This document shows, piece by piece, positions 47,701 to 55,751 of a DNA stretch of 64,000 nucleotides. The stretch covers positions 75,037 through 139,036 of IMG/VR virus record IMGVR_UViG_3300036770_002724. The stretch is one strand, 5' to 3'. The notes below the pieces were generated by a model. It worked only from the letters and a program-made list of their open reading frames with translations. It ran no database searches and was not told the origin of the DNA. Position 1 is the stretch's first letter. The number at the start of each line of letters is the position of its first letter. The DNA is from a virus. A program made the translations under genes and the position numbers.

Positions 47701-48682
47701 TCACGTCCTCGGGTCAGGCACGCTCGCCTACCATACAAGCGCGCTCGTCTTGACGCGAGAGGACTTCAGAACGGCGAACATGGCTGACATCTGGTTTGGC
47801 TTGAAAGCCCAGCGAGAAGAGGTTCTTCTAGTCTGTCTGGCCCACAAAGAAGGGTGGTTGACGGACGATTCGTCCACAAGGACGGATTCGATCTACGCGC
47901 ACTCAATCAAGAAGGCTCAGACTCAAAAGAACACGGCGGATCTACAGACGAAGGTAGTCAAAGAGTCTTGGCCTTGGACGCTCCCAGTAGACAGGAAGGG
48001 AGGGGCCGTCTGCAAATCCGATCCTTCGGTACTTGAGGTCAAAGGACCGACTCGGACTGCTAGGATCTCGGTCGAGTCTGGAGACCATACCCACAAGTTC
48101 ATCTGCGCTACAGGGACCTACTACGAGTTCGACCTTCTTCATGCCGTTCGAGACCTGAAGATAGAAGGGCTCTATGTTGACGTTGGGGCTAATACGGGGA
48201 ACCATACGACGTTCTTCCGTCTGGAGTGCCCTTCGACTCGGGTGGTAGCTATCGAGCCCGACTCGGAAAACCTGGCCCATCTTTACAGGACGATCCGTCT
48301 GAACGACCTCGAAGAGTCCGTGGACGTGCGACCTGTCGCGATCCACCCGACGCTTTCTCGCGTTTCGATGGTCCAAGGTATCCCGAAAAACAAAGGGACC
48401 ATGCGAATCGAAGGCGAGGGGGACATCGAGGCTCAGACCTTGGATCGTTGCCTGGAAGGTCTTGAACCCGCCTTGATCAAGATCGACGTCGAGGGCTTGC
48501 CCCTAGAAGTGCTTCGCTCTGGGAGGAGTATCGTCGAGCGTTGCCTTCCCGTGATTGTCTGCGAAGCCAATGATCACGAGGCTTCCTCGATAGACGCTTT
48601 CCTCGGTGATTTGGGGTACGAAAGAAACCCCAAGCGGTACTGCGCCACCGCGACTTGGATATGGCAGGCGAAGACCGGGTGA
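44768..48682 (+). CDS. Multidomain protein: four GT-A/GT2-like glycosyltransferase domains plus FkbM methyltransferase
   Basis: DxD-type motifs MLADDDD, FIQDD, RHDADD, ICDDDLLYP; VDVGANTGNH...AIEP...IKIDVEG. Confidence 0.88.
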   Translation: MKTAVFFVATTYRPTLLRQSLKRLTRQRGVPSDWRIEVHVAGEPGDPGKGVVSNHPGTFYHDVGSRSVTDKLNSLLVATKSDLVMLADDDDIQSWDRAAEAIKAYENGAEWSCSGTCLYYDLHHDLLTRWTGVSAEGLIGTMASFATPLLQAVRGWPSVSRGKDGRLVARIRSLRRPVRFADLTVALGNKTICLQHDKNLWNRPLVPQGATDRRGRHAILGLGGIASNVALLGEDTVSLLTETAGELRSRKAESSSLPPPSPSQPPPPIPARISAYLPKAPAPFQAPAPPLSPAVLERPPRPAHPKESLGTVCDVHVAITTYNRPGPLADLLKDLVRERGDRKVHVVIYDDGSDQDYSEVRAFAISQGWLFRRSDSNRGKKGYYRTVSEALKEAERSQTDRFLFIQDDMRLCADFFSRVFDLWDQIQDPKKVSLYLLRDSNRSEIGTVCWTGFRSRVEGPVERTQWVDCNAFLFNRDFLDVLGAELRPIPESRWLKGDVLSSGVGQQLSLRLHHAGRGLYRSLLSYVSHSEGPSRMNPKIRKRVPMTTESFADEKVVQKARYSDKVTAPALPEAGRKSLPSAQTVSVLIAAYRADKWLIESVNSVLSQELPPGWNLEVLVGVDGCPETLAVAQTIEDRRFGVVSFPVNSGTYVTFNSLVPLSRGSILVRHDADDVMLPTRLHKMIRAFEDPEVGRVTTWVAEKNVYPEPLIESPSKGRKIRDGTWSYRRDVFENLLGGFLPWRCAADTEMDLRSRSLGVKSHIVCEYLYLRRSHPGQLTQTEETGYGSALRKDYAKRIDELIIEYAANKPKPVVPTRVEGVRLGGLFSDKITASMASIPGRREGLEKVVRSLLPQVDHLNVYLNETPSIPGIEYPHTPDFLRHPKITAIWSRDTPFGDRGDAGKFYWADEVQGYHVICDDDLLYPSDFVETLIAGVERYGRKAAVGFHGAVLTEPFTEYYRSRRVYHFQRSLDADAPVHVLGSGTLAYHTSALVLTREDFRTANMADIWFGLKAQREEVLLVCLAHKEGWLTDDSSTRTDSIYAHSIKKAQTQKNTADLQTKVVKESWPWTLPVDRKGGAVCKSDPSVLEVKGPTRTARISVESGDHTHKFICATGTYYEFDLLHAVRDLKIEGLYVDVGANTGNHTTFFRLECPSTRVVAIEPDSENLAHLYRTIRLNDLEESVDVRPVAIHPTLSRVSMVQGIPKNKGTMRIEGEGDIEAQTLDRCLEGLEPALIKIDVEGLPLEVLRSGRSIVERCLPVIVCEANDHEASSIDAFLGDLGYERNPKRYCATATWIWQAKTG

Positions 48683-48737
48683 GGATCGAGGAGGCGGGTC
48701 GGAGACTTCGCGATTTTCTTTATAGCCAAAGATAGAG

Positions 48738-49043
48738 GTGAGCAACCTTATCAGGCGCATCGCTTCGCGCTACATCCGAGCCGCCCGTTTCCGACGCGGG
48801 GATCTCGCGACTTACAAGGGTAAGACCTATCGGATCGGCTTCGCTGGTCCGACGAAGTTCGGGGATCGGGCGAAGCTCGTGTTCCTCGACGGAAGCAAAG
48901 AGTTCTGGGTCGATCTTAGTCTCGTCTCTCCCGCAGAGGAGAGCGAGGAGCGCGTCTCCTGGGAGGAAGCCCAGCTTCTCGACGAAGACATGGGAATCTA
49001 CCGGCCCGATAGCTACTACCGCAGCCGTTACCGCCGGGGCTGA
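48738..49043 (+). CDS. Small protein with basic RRIASRY leader and SH3-like domain
   Basis: MSNLIRRIASRYIRAA; KLVFLDGSKEFWVD. Confidence 0.7.
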   Translation: MSNLIRRIASRYIRAARFRRGDLATYKGKTYRIGFAGPTKFGDRAKLVFLDGSKEFWVDLSLVSPAEESEERVSWEEAQLLDEDMGIYRPDSYYRSRYRRG

Positions 49044-49053
49044 TCCGACTTGA

Positions 49054-49419
49054 TCAGGCGTCGTAAGCGCCCTTCAGAAGCGCGATCTCCGTTCGGGCCT
49101 CTACCAAGGCTTTCTCGGCTTGTTCAGCCCGCCGCTTCCAGTCATCCGCGTCCACAGGGCTTGGTTCCGCACCCAGAAGGAAGGTCGCGAACCCTGGGGT
49201 ATACTCCCCAACGTAGGCCCCTTGCTTGTTGGACGAGAAGTAGTCCTCGGCTTCTTCGTAAGACATGCCCTCATCAATGAGGATGCGGATGCACTTGTCC
49301 CGGTCGTACAAGGCCACGACGCTGGTGAACACCTCAACGTAACCGACCAAAGCCTCATCAAACCCGTCTGCGAACATTAGGTCCGGATGGATCTCTGCTA
49401 GGCGTTCTTTTCTGTTCAT
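49054..49419 (-). CDS. Conserved phage hypothetical protein
   Basis: ADGFDEALVG...YDRDKCI.IL...MSYEEA.DYF..N..GAYVGE.TP. Confidence 0.75.
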   Translation of the reverse strand: MNRKERLAEIHPDLMFADGFDEALVGYVEVFTSVVALYDRDKCIRILIDEGMSYEEAEDYFSSNKQGAYVGEYTPGFATFLLGAEPSPVDADDWKRRAEQAEKALVEARTEIALLKGAYDA

Positions 49420-49841
49420 GGTTCCTCCTCCCCGTCCAGGAGGCTCACGGGAGTCTCGGGTGTCTTGAGGTAGGTGCAGGCCATTGTGATAGCCTGCACG
49501 ACTCCCATGAGGCTCTGACGGACCCGCTCTAGTTCCGCTCGAAGCTCCGGCATATCCCCTGTTGCCAGGGACCTGACGACCCGGGGCTGTTGCTTCATGT
49601 CATCCGAGGGGTACTCCATGAGCATGAAGACAGCATCCCCAGATTTCTCAATCTCGTTCATCGCCTCCAGCGTGACCGAGACGTTGACCTTGTAGCGCCA
49701 TACTTGGACTTCGTAGCAGACTCCGCCAATGCGGTCCCACTTCTTCAGTCGCGACCCGGGAAACAAGTCATTGAGCGCGACCTCTACGGCGTTGGGTCGG
49801 ACCTTGATTTTCACCGGCTCCAACGGATCCAAGGTGTCCAT
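49416..49841 (-). CDS. Hypothetical protein
   Basis: Coupled ORF in minus-strand cluster. Confidence 0.6.
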   Translation of the reverse strand: MDTLDPLEPVKIKVRPNAVEVALNDLFPGSRLKKWDRIGGVCYEVQVWRYKVNVSVTLEAMNEIEKSGDAVFMLMEYPSDDMKQQPRVVRSLATGDMPELRAELERVRQSLMGVVQAITMACTYLKTPETPVSLLDGEEEP

Positions 49842-49849
49842 TTCGCCCC

Positions 49850-50110
49850 CTACCCAGAGATCATGCTGAAGACCAAGACAAGAAGCCCTGCAAAGAGCAG
49901 TAGCCCGCCTAGTCCTGAAGTCACAAGGGCGCGGATGATCTTCTGATCTTCCGCATCTTCGTCGATGATCGGGTCGTTCCAAGACCGGAGGTGACTCATG
50001 GATCCCCTCCGGTTCGGTCGCTTCCGGTACACGGACGCTAGCTCGGATGCGATCACCGCGATGACCAAAGTCAGTCCGAAGACTGAGAGGAGAAGCCCCA
50101 AGATGATCAT
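49850..50110 (-). CDS. Two-TM small membrane protein
   Basis: Two hydrophobic helices. Confidence 0.6.
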   Translation of the reverse strand: MIILGLLLSVFGLTLVIAVIASELASVYRKRPNRRGSMSHLRSWNDPIIDEDAEDQKIIRALVTSGLGGLLLFAGLLVLVFSMISG

Positions 50111-50409
50111 GTCGTCTGGCGGGTGGCCAACTCGGTTGTCAGTTCTTCCGTCGAATAGAAGCTCAGAGGCGTGCGAAACATCCCCCTCTGGAACGAGAGG
50201 ACGATAGCCTGGGGCGCGTTCACGGCACCCAGCTTCTCAAAGATCCGCGCGCGGTGTGCTTCGACGGTCTTGACCGAGATCGACATCTTCTGTGCGATCT
50301 GGCTGTTTGTTTCACCCCCGGCGAGGCTCAAGAGAACCTCGGTTTCCCGAGGGCTCAAGTCTCGACCCAAGAGCTTCTTTCGATCTGACGGCAACTCGAC
50401 TTCGTTCAT
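50107..50409 (-). CDS. LuxR/NarL-type HTH-only transcriptional regulator
   Basis: LSPRETEVLLSLAGGETNSQIAQKMSISVKTVEAHRARIFEKLG. Confidence 0.92.
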   Translation of the reverse strand: MNEVELPSDRKKLLGRDLSPRETEVLLSLAGGETNSQIAQKMSISVKTVEAHRARIFEKLGAVNAPQAIVLSFQRGMFRTPLSFYSTEELTTELATRQTT

Positions 50410-50512
50410 GTCTTTTTTACTCCGTAGGCAGGAAACCATACCCGCCGCCGCTTTTCTACTCGATCCAGGGCTTCTTTCAACCGTCCGGCCTGTCTTCGTT
50501 GGGCTTTTACGA

Positions 50513-50543
50513 TTGTGGCTAAACTGAGGTCCGATTGGAGTAG
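50513..50543 (+). promoter_or_regulatory. Class A motif copy 5
   Basis: TTGTGGCTAAAC-N13-GAGTAG; 8 nt to ligase ATG. Confidence 0.8.
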
Positions 50544-50551
50544 CTAGGGAT

Positions 50552-52468
50552 ATGGAGATCGAAGCCCTCGTCACGAGGCTGGAAGCGGCACGGGATGCCT
50601 ACTACAACGGCATCCCGTGTATGTCGGATGCGGAGTACGACGCTCTGGAGGACTCCCTCCGAAGTATCGATCCGCAGCATCCCTTCCTGGGGAAGATCGG
50701 GGCGATGGTCCCGGTCAACGGTGCGTGGCCCAAGGTCGCGCACCGTCAGCCCATGTCCTCGCTCAACAAGGCCCAGACGGCAAGCGACTTCGCCGCCTGG
50801 TGGCGGGACTGCGGCTACAATGAACTGCGACCGGACCTGTGTCCGGTCCTGGTGATGGAAAAGCTCGACGGAGCCTCCATCTCCCTGGAGTACCGTCGGG
50901 GTCGCCTGGTCCGCGCCGTCACGCGGGGTGATGGCACGACCGGGGAGGACGTGACCCGGAACGTCCGTCTGATGCAAGGGACGGTCAAGCAGGTCCCCGG
51001 CTTCGACGGGTTCATCCGGGGTGAGGTGATCGTCACCCGGTCCAACTTCAAGCGGTACTTCCCGGGCGAGTCGAATCCGAGGAACACCGCTGCGGGAACG
51101 ATGAAGCGCCAGTCAGGGAACGACAAGTGCCGTTACCTGACGGTCATGGCTTACCGCGTCATCTCGGATGATCATACGTTCGAGGATTCGATGGCGGAGA
51201 TCGTCACCCTCAACAACTGGGGGTTCCTGACGCCTTTCGCCCTTCGGTGCGACTACATCGCGGACGTGGACGCTCTGTATTACGAGTACGTCAACCACAA
51301 GCGGGAGTCGCTCGACTACGACATCGACGGTCTGGTGGTCGAAGTCCTGAGCGCCGGTCACCGGGAGCATCTGGGCGAACTGAACAATCGACCGAAGGGT
51401 GCGGTAGCCTACAAGTTCCCTCACGAGCAAAAGCAGACCTTCCTGCGGGCGATCAACTGGCAGGTGGGGAACAGCGGGCGCATTACGCCCGTGGCCGTGT
51501 TCGACACGGTCAATCTCGCAGGCGCCAACGTCAGTCAGGCTAGCCTCCACAACGTGAGCTACGTCAGGGAGCTTGCCCAGCAGGTCGGGAATCCCTCGTT
51601 GGCCTTCGGTGATACGATCCTCGTGTCCCGTCGGAATGACGTGATCCCCTATGTCGAGGCTGTGCTTGCGACGGCGAAGATCGCGCCTTATGACATCCCG
51701 ACGGCGTGTCCGTGCTGCGCTTCGACCCTCCTGATGGAAGGGGAGTACCTCGTCTGCCGGAATGAGGACTGTGACGCCCAAGCCTCGGGTGCGGTCAAGC
51801 GTTGGGTCAAAAAGGTAGGCATCCTCCACCTTGGGGATGCCATCATTGAAGCCTTGATCGACCAGCAGATCATCCAGGATGTTGCTGACCTCTACACGCT
51901 GACTGAGGACAAGCTGGCTTCCGTGGACATGGACGGAAAGGTCGTCGGGGGGAACGCCTCCCGGATCGTGAAGCAGATCCAAGGGAAGCGAGTCCTCCCG
52001 CTTCACGTCTTTGTGGGGTCACTCGGTATCCCGCTCATCGGGCGGTCGATGGCAAAGACCATCGTGGATGCGGGTTACGACAGCCTACACAAGATGGCGA
52101 AGGCAAAGATCGCAGAGGTGGCGACCATTCCGGGGGTGGGGCAAACCAAGGCGGACGCCTTCGTTCGCGGCTACTGGGCGAAAATGCACATCGTCGCCAA
52201 GCTGATTGCCAACGGGGTCGAGATCCAAAAGGTCGTGACCGGGTCTATGTCCGGCAAGTCCGTCTGCATGACGGGCTTCCGCGACAAGACGATGGAGGAC
52301 GAGGTCGAGGCCCAGGGGGGAACGATCAAGTCGGGTGTCTCCAAGGGCTTGACCTATCTGGTGGCGTCTGACCCGAACAGTAACTCCTCCAAGATCCAGA
52401 AGGCTCGCGAGTACGGGACGCAGATTGTCGGGATCCAGGAGATGTGGAGCTTGCTTGGTCGGCCTTGA
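50552..52468 (+). CDS. ligA: NAD+-dependent DNA ligase
   Basis: YYNG...SDAEYD, EKLDG, TRGDGTTGEDVT, DGLVV, zinc finger CPCC..C..C, HhH repeats, BRCT. Confidence 0.97.
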   Translation: MEIEALVTRLEAARDAYYNGIPCMSDAEYDALEDSLRSIDPQHPFLGKIGAMVPVNGAWPKVAHRQPMSSLNKAQTASDFAAWWRDCGYNELRPDLCPVLVMEKLDGASISLEYRRGRLVRAVTRGDGTTGEDVTRNVRLMQGTVKQVPGFDGFIRGEVIVTRSNFKRYFPGESNPRNTAAGTMKRQSGNDKCRYLTVMAYRVISDDHTFEDSMAEIVTLNNWGFLTPFALRCDYIADVDALYYEYVNHKRESLDYDIDGLVVEVLSAGHREHLGELNNRPKGAVAYKFPHEQKQTFLRAINWQVGNSGRITPVAVFDTVNLAGANVSQASLHNVSYVRELAQQVGNPSLAFGDTILVSRRNDVIPYVEAVLATAKIAPYDIPTACPCCASTLLMEGEYLVCRNEDCDAQASGAVKRWVKKVGILHLGDAIIEALIDQQIIQDVADLYTLTEDKLASVDMDGKVVGGNASRIVKQIQGKRVLPLHVFVGSLGIPLIGRSMAKTIVDAGYDSLHKMAKAKIAEVATIPGVGQTKADAFVRGYWAKMHIVAKLIANGVEIQKVVTGSMSGKSVCMTGFRDKTMEDEVEAQGGTIKSGVSKGLTYLVASDPNSNSSKIQKAREYGTQIVGIQEMWSLLGRP

Positions 52469-52548
52469 CGCTCTAAAGTGCCTATCGGCCCCGTTCCTTT
52501 GCGGAGCCAAGGGGCTTCGCTCGTTCGCCGGGGTAAAGAGCAACCACA

Positions 52549-52998
52549 ATGGATCGTTTCCGTTCTGATCGTCCCAAGCTAGAGTTCGTCACCGTCCACA
52601 CCATCCAGGGGTCGCAGGAGACCGAGGTCCGGATCTCCCGGGCTGGAGATCAACGGCCTCTGTATAGCGTCCAGATCGGTCGTCGCAAGAAGGTTCCTGA
52701 CGAGTTCAACCGTTTGTCGCCCTTCGTCCCGGTACGAATCGTGTTCAGCGGCGACTCGCTCGACGTGGATCGTTCTGCCGAAGACCTGATGCGGCAGGCC
52801 CACGAGTGGATTCGCGAGGACGTGAAGAACTTTCAGGCCAACTACTCCTCGGCGGACACTCGCCCGCGCACGGAGTTCGTCGAGGAGAAGGTACAGCGTC
52901 CGTCTTGGGACCGAGATCGTGGTCGGGACCGGGAATCGAATCGAGGCGGACGGGGGCGTGGTGGGCGAGATCGTGATCGAGGCTGGGGGGAAGACTGA
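52549..52998 (+). CDS. Putative nucleic-acid-binding protein with RD/RGG-rich tail
   Basis: WDRDRGRDRESNRGGRGRGGRDRDRGW. Confidence 0.55.
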   Translation: MDRFRSDRPKLEFVTVHTIQGSQETEVRISRAGDQRPLYSVQIGRRKKVPDEFNRLSPFVPVRIVFSGDSLDVDRSAEDLMRQAHEWIREDVKNFQANYSSADTRPRTEFVEEKVQRPSWDRDRGRDRESNRGGRGRGGRDRDRGWGED

Positions 52999-53315
52999 TG
53001 ATGACTTTCGCTGACCTCTTGGAGCCGGTCGCTCGCCCATCGGAATGTGCGGTGGTCTACCCGTGGAAGCCGGAGACGTACCCGGATCAAGATCGCATGG
53101 CGATCACGAGAGGCGGCGATGTCTTGGTTCATCTTCAGGTGCTCGACCTGAAAAAGCGCCGCTTTCTCCTCGTGTCCGATGAGGTCCAACCGGAGTACCT
53201 GGGGCTGTTCCGCGAAGTCCTGGGGAGGGAGCGGATCAAAAACCAGCCTTTCGGTATGCCTCATCTGACTGAGGTTCTTCGCCGGGCTCCTAAGAATCCT
53301 GCGACCGTTTTCTAG
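52998..53315 (+). CDS. Hypothetical protein
   Basis: TGATG coupling. Confidence 0.6.
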   Translation: MMTFADLLEPVARPSECAVVYPWKPETYPDQDRMAITRGGDVLVHLQVLDLKKRRFLLVSDEVQPEYLGLFREVLGRERIKNQPFGMPHLTEVLRRAPKNPATVF

Positions 53316-53366
53316 TCTATCCCGCCTTCTCGGTAGGGCGCTTCGTGCGCTTTGTCGAGGTGGTCT

Positions 53367-54524
53367 ATGTCGATCCCTACTACGGGAACTCTCGGGCTAG
53401 GAAGTCTTCTTGATCGGCTCCCGACGAACTACAACGTCACGAGCGTCGCCTCCAACCAAGTTCTTTCGGACGTCGACGTAGGTAAGAATTACCTCGTTAC
53501 GACGGGGGTCTCGAACATCTCGATCACGCTTCCCGCAGCCGCCAGCACGTCGGGGAAGACGATCCAGATCACCAAAGCCGATTCGGGCGCGGGTCGAGTC
53601 GAGATCAATACGTCCTTCGCCCACCTGTACGCGCAGGGGGATACGGTAACGGTCCAGTCGGACGGGACTTCGTGGAGCGCGGTCTCGGTGAAGATCGCCC
53701 CTCTCAGTCAGATTTTCGTTTCGAGCGGGACGTATACCCTTCCGCCCCTCGCGACCCGGCTCACCATCGAAGCCTACGGGGGCGGGGGCGGGGGCGGTCG
53801 GGGCTTCGCGGGAGCTGGAGGGACCGCTCGAAGCGGAGGTGGGGGCGGAGGAGGCGGCGGCTATTCTAGCGTCACCGTGACCACTCAGGGGCTATCCTCG
53901 CCGTTGCCCGTGACCATCGCATCGGGAGGAAACGGCGCCTCTGCGGGTTCCGGGATTAGCGGGGGCTCCGGCTCCCTTGGTGGGAATACCAGCCTGGGGG
54001 ATCTGTCCGCGCCCCTCCTTCGAGCTTTCGGTGCTTTCGGAGGCGTCGCTGGCTCTGACGTTTCTGCTCAAACGAGCGGGGGGACCGGCGCCGCTGCTTA
54101 CGGAGGCGACGGGGCTCGTCAACTTTCTCCCGGTTTTTCTCCTCCCACGCCCGTAACGGTTGGTGCGGGGGCCGGAGGAGGGGGGGGAGGCGCGATCACA
54201 GGAGGGGGTTCGATTGCAGGGGGTAGTAACGGGGGCTTCGGCGGTCGGCTTCGAGGTCCAGGGACTCAAGGGGGTCTTAGAGGTCTAACCGACGGTGAAA
54301 CAGGCCAGACCCCGACAGCAGCCGTCCCTACGGCTCTCAACTTCGTCGCCAACGGAGGCGGGGGCGGGGGCGCCGCTTCGGTCCTCGGAACGTCGGGCGC
54401 AGGAGGTGCCGGGGGCTATCCGGCGGGCGGCGGGGGCGGCTCAGGAGCCGCTACGTCAGGAAATACGGCAGCAGCGGGCGGAAGGGGCGGCGACGGGGTG
54501 CTTCTCGTGACCGCTATGTTCTGA
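53367..54524 (+). CDS. Glycine-rich fibre/decoration protein
   Basis: ITLPAA...GKTIQITKAD...QSDGTSW fibre-type domain followed by GGGGGGG-rich domain ending GGRGGDGVLLV. Confidence 0.75.
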   Translation: MSIPTTGTLGLGSLLDRLPTNYNVTSVASNQVLSDVDVGKNYLVTTGVSNISITLPAAASTSGKTIQITKADSGAGRVEINTSFAHLYAQGDTVTVQSDGTSWSAVSVKIAPLSQIFVSSGTYTLPPLATRLTIEAYGGGGGGGRGFAGAGGTARSGGGGGGGGGYSSVTVTTQGLSSPLPVTIASGGNGASAGSGISGGSGSLGGNTSLGDLSAPLLRAFGAFGGVAGSDVSAQTSGGTGAAAYGGDGARQLSPGFSPPTPVTVGAGAGGGGGGAITGGGSIAGGSNGGFGGRLRGPGTQGGLRGLTDGETGQTPTAAVPTALNFVANGGGGGGAASVLGTSGAGGAGGYPAGGGGGSGAATSGNTAAAGGRGGDGVLLVTAMF

Positions 54525-54532
54525 GGTGACCT

Positions 54533-54712
54533 ATGCGATTCGCACACGTTCTAAACGGTCGCGTTGATAACGTCTCGGTCTGGGACCACATCCCAACGGC
54601 AGAGGAACGCGCCTTTTACGCCGAGGAACTCCTCGACGTAACGAACATCGACTGCGGGCCGGAATGGTCTTACGACCCCGTCACCGGAGTTTTCTCGCCT
54701 CCTCAAGAATAA
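54533..54712 (+). CDS. 59-aa fibre-assembly-type partner protein (absent from ORF track)
   Basis: MRFAHVLNGRVDNVSVW...GPEWSYDPVTGVFSPP, typical of small genes following Gly-rich fibres. Confidence 0.7.
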   Translation: MRFAHVLNGRVDNVSVWDHIPTAEERAFYAEELLDVTNIDCGPEWSYDPVTGVFSPPQE

Positions 54713-54760
54713 CTCGGATGTATCGGGCCGTTACCTGCCTTATTCGATCCCCCTTGTGAG

Positions 54761-54970
54761 ATGGTCCAGACGTTAGCCTCCGGCGGGTCGGTCCTCATCA
54801 ATCACGGCTACGGTATCCCGCCCGTTGTCTACCTGCTGAAACAGGTCGGAATTCTTTGGGTCGAAGCTGTTGGAACCTACGATGCCGCTCACGATGCCGC
54901 CTTCAACACCTTGACGATCACGAACACGACCCCTTTCGCGATAACCTACTACATCCGTTTGGCAAACTAG
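54761..54970 (+). CDS. Small beta-rich putative virion protein
   Basis: INHGYGIPPVV...NTLTIT. Confidence 0.55.
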   Translation: MVQTLASGGSVLINHGYGIPPVVYLLKQVGILWVEAVGTYDAAHDAAFNTLTITNTTPFAITYYIRLAN

Positions 54971-54983
54971 ACCCGGAGCCCCT

Positions 54984-55496
54984 ATGACTATAGCAACTGA
55001 TGGCTTCGGCACGATCATCGACGACATCCTCGCTGGGGCGGGGGCCACGGGGGCTACAGGCCCGACCGGGGCTACAGGCCCGACCGGGGCAGGAGCCACG
55101 GGGGCCACGGGGGCCACGGGGGCCACGGGGGCCACGGGGGCTACAGGCCCGACGGGAGCGGGGTCGGGGACGAGCACGATACGGCTCATCCTGAGTCCGG
55201 AGACGATGACCGGAACGGTGGAGACGGCGGTCGGGTCGGTCTATCTGAGCGCCGCTACGGCTACGACAATCAGGGCTTTCATAGGATGTCAGGACGCCCT
55301 ACAGGCGGCGACGATGGTGCTCCGGCGTAGTAGCGACTCCTCTTTGATTACCACCATTGGTGGCGTTGCTGGCGGGGTCACGGAGCGGACGGTGTCTTCG
55401 GTGTCCTTCCCCTCAACCGGCTGGTACGACATCTTTCTCTACACGAACAACGTCTCGGGGGTCGGCATCGCGCGCGGCCTCACCTTGGAGTTCTGA
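54984..55496 (+). CDS. Collagen-like (G-X-T) protein with C-terminal beta domain
   Basis: GATGATGPTGATGPTG-A-GATGATGATGATGATGPTG. Confidence 0.8.
   Translation: MTIATDGFGTIIDDILAGAGATGATGPTGATGPTGAGATGATGATGATGATGATGPTGAGSGTSTIRLILSPETMTGTVETAVGSVYLSAATATTIRAFIGCQDALQAATMVLRRSSDSSLITTIGGVAGGVTERTVSSVSFPSTGWYDIFLYTNNVSGVGIARGLTLEF
55041..55157 (+). repeat. 9-bp tandem repeats (GGGGCCACG and variants) encoding collagen triplets
   Basis: Direct reading. Confidence 0.9.
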
Positions 55497-55499
55497 CGG

Positions 55500-55751
55500 A
55501 TGATCTACGCCATCAATGAAGAAGAGGCTCCGATCCTGATTGACCCGACGGGGTCGGATTGCGTGGTCGAATGGCTCGTTACGGGCGTCGTTTCTTATTC
55601 GGTCACCGGGGGTTCTTGGACTGAAGACGTGGGCGGAGCGACGTCGATCCACGCTTCGGTATCTCCCGACGGGATGTTTTCCGTTTCGACCGGAAGCTGG
55701 AAAAAGACCTATCAGTTCAGCGGGACTGAGCTTGTGGAGGTTGCGTCGTGA
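55500..55751 (+). CDS. Small hypothetical protein
   Basis: Coupled within cluster. Confidence 0.55.
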   Translation: MIYAINEEEAPILIDPTGSDCVVEWLVTGVVSYSVTGGSWTEDVGGATSIHASVSPDGMFSVSTGSWKKTYQFSGTELVEVAS

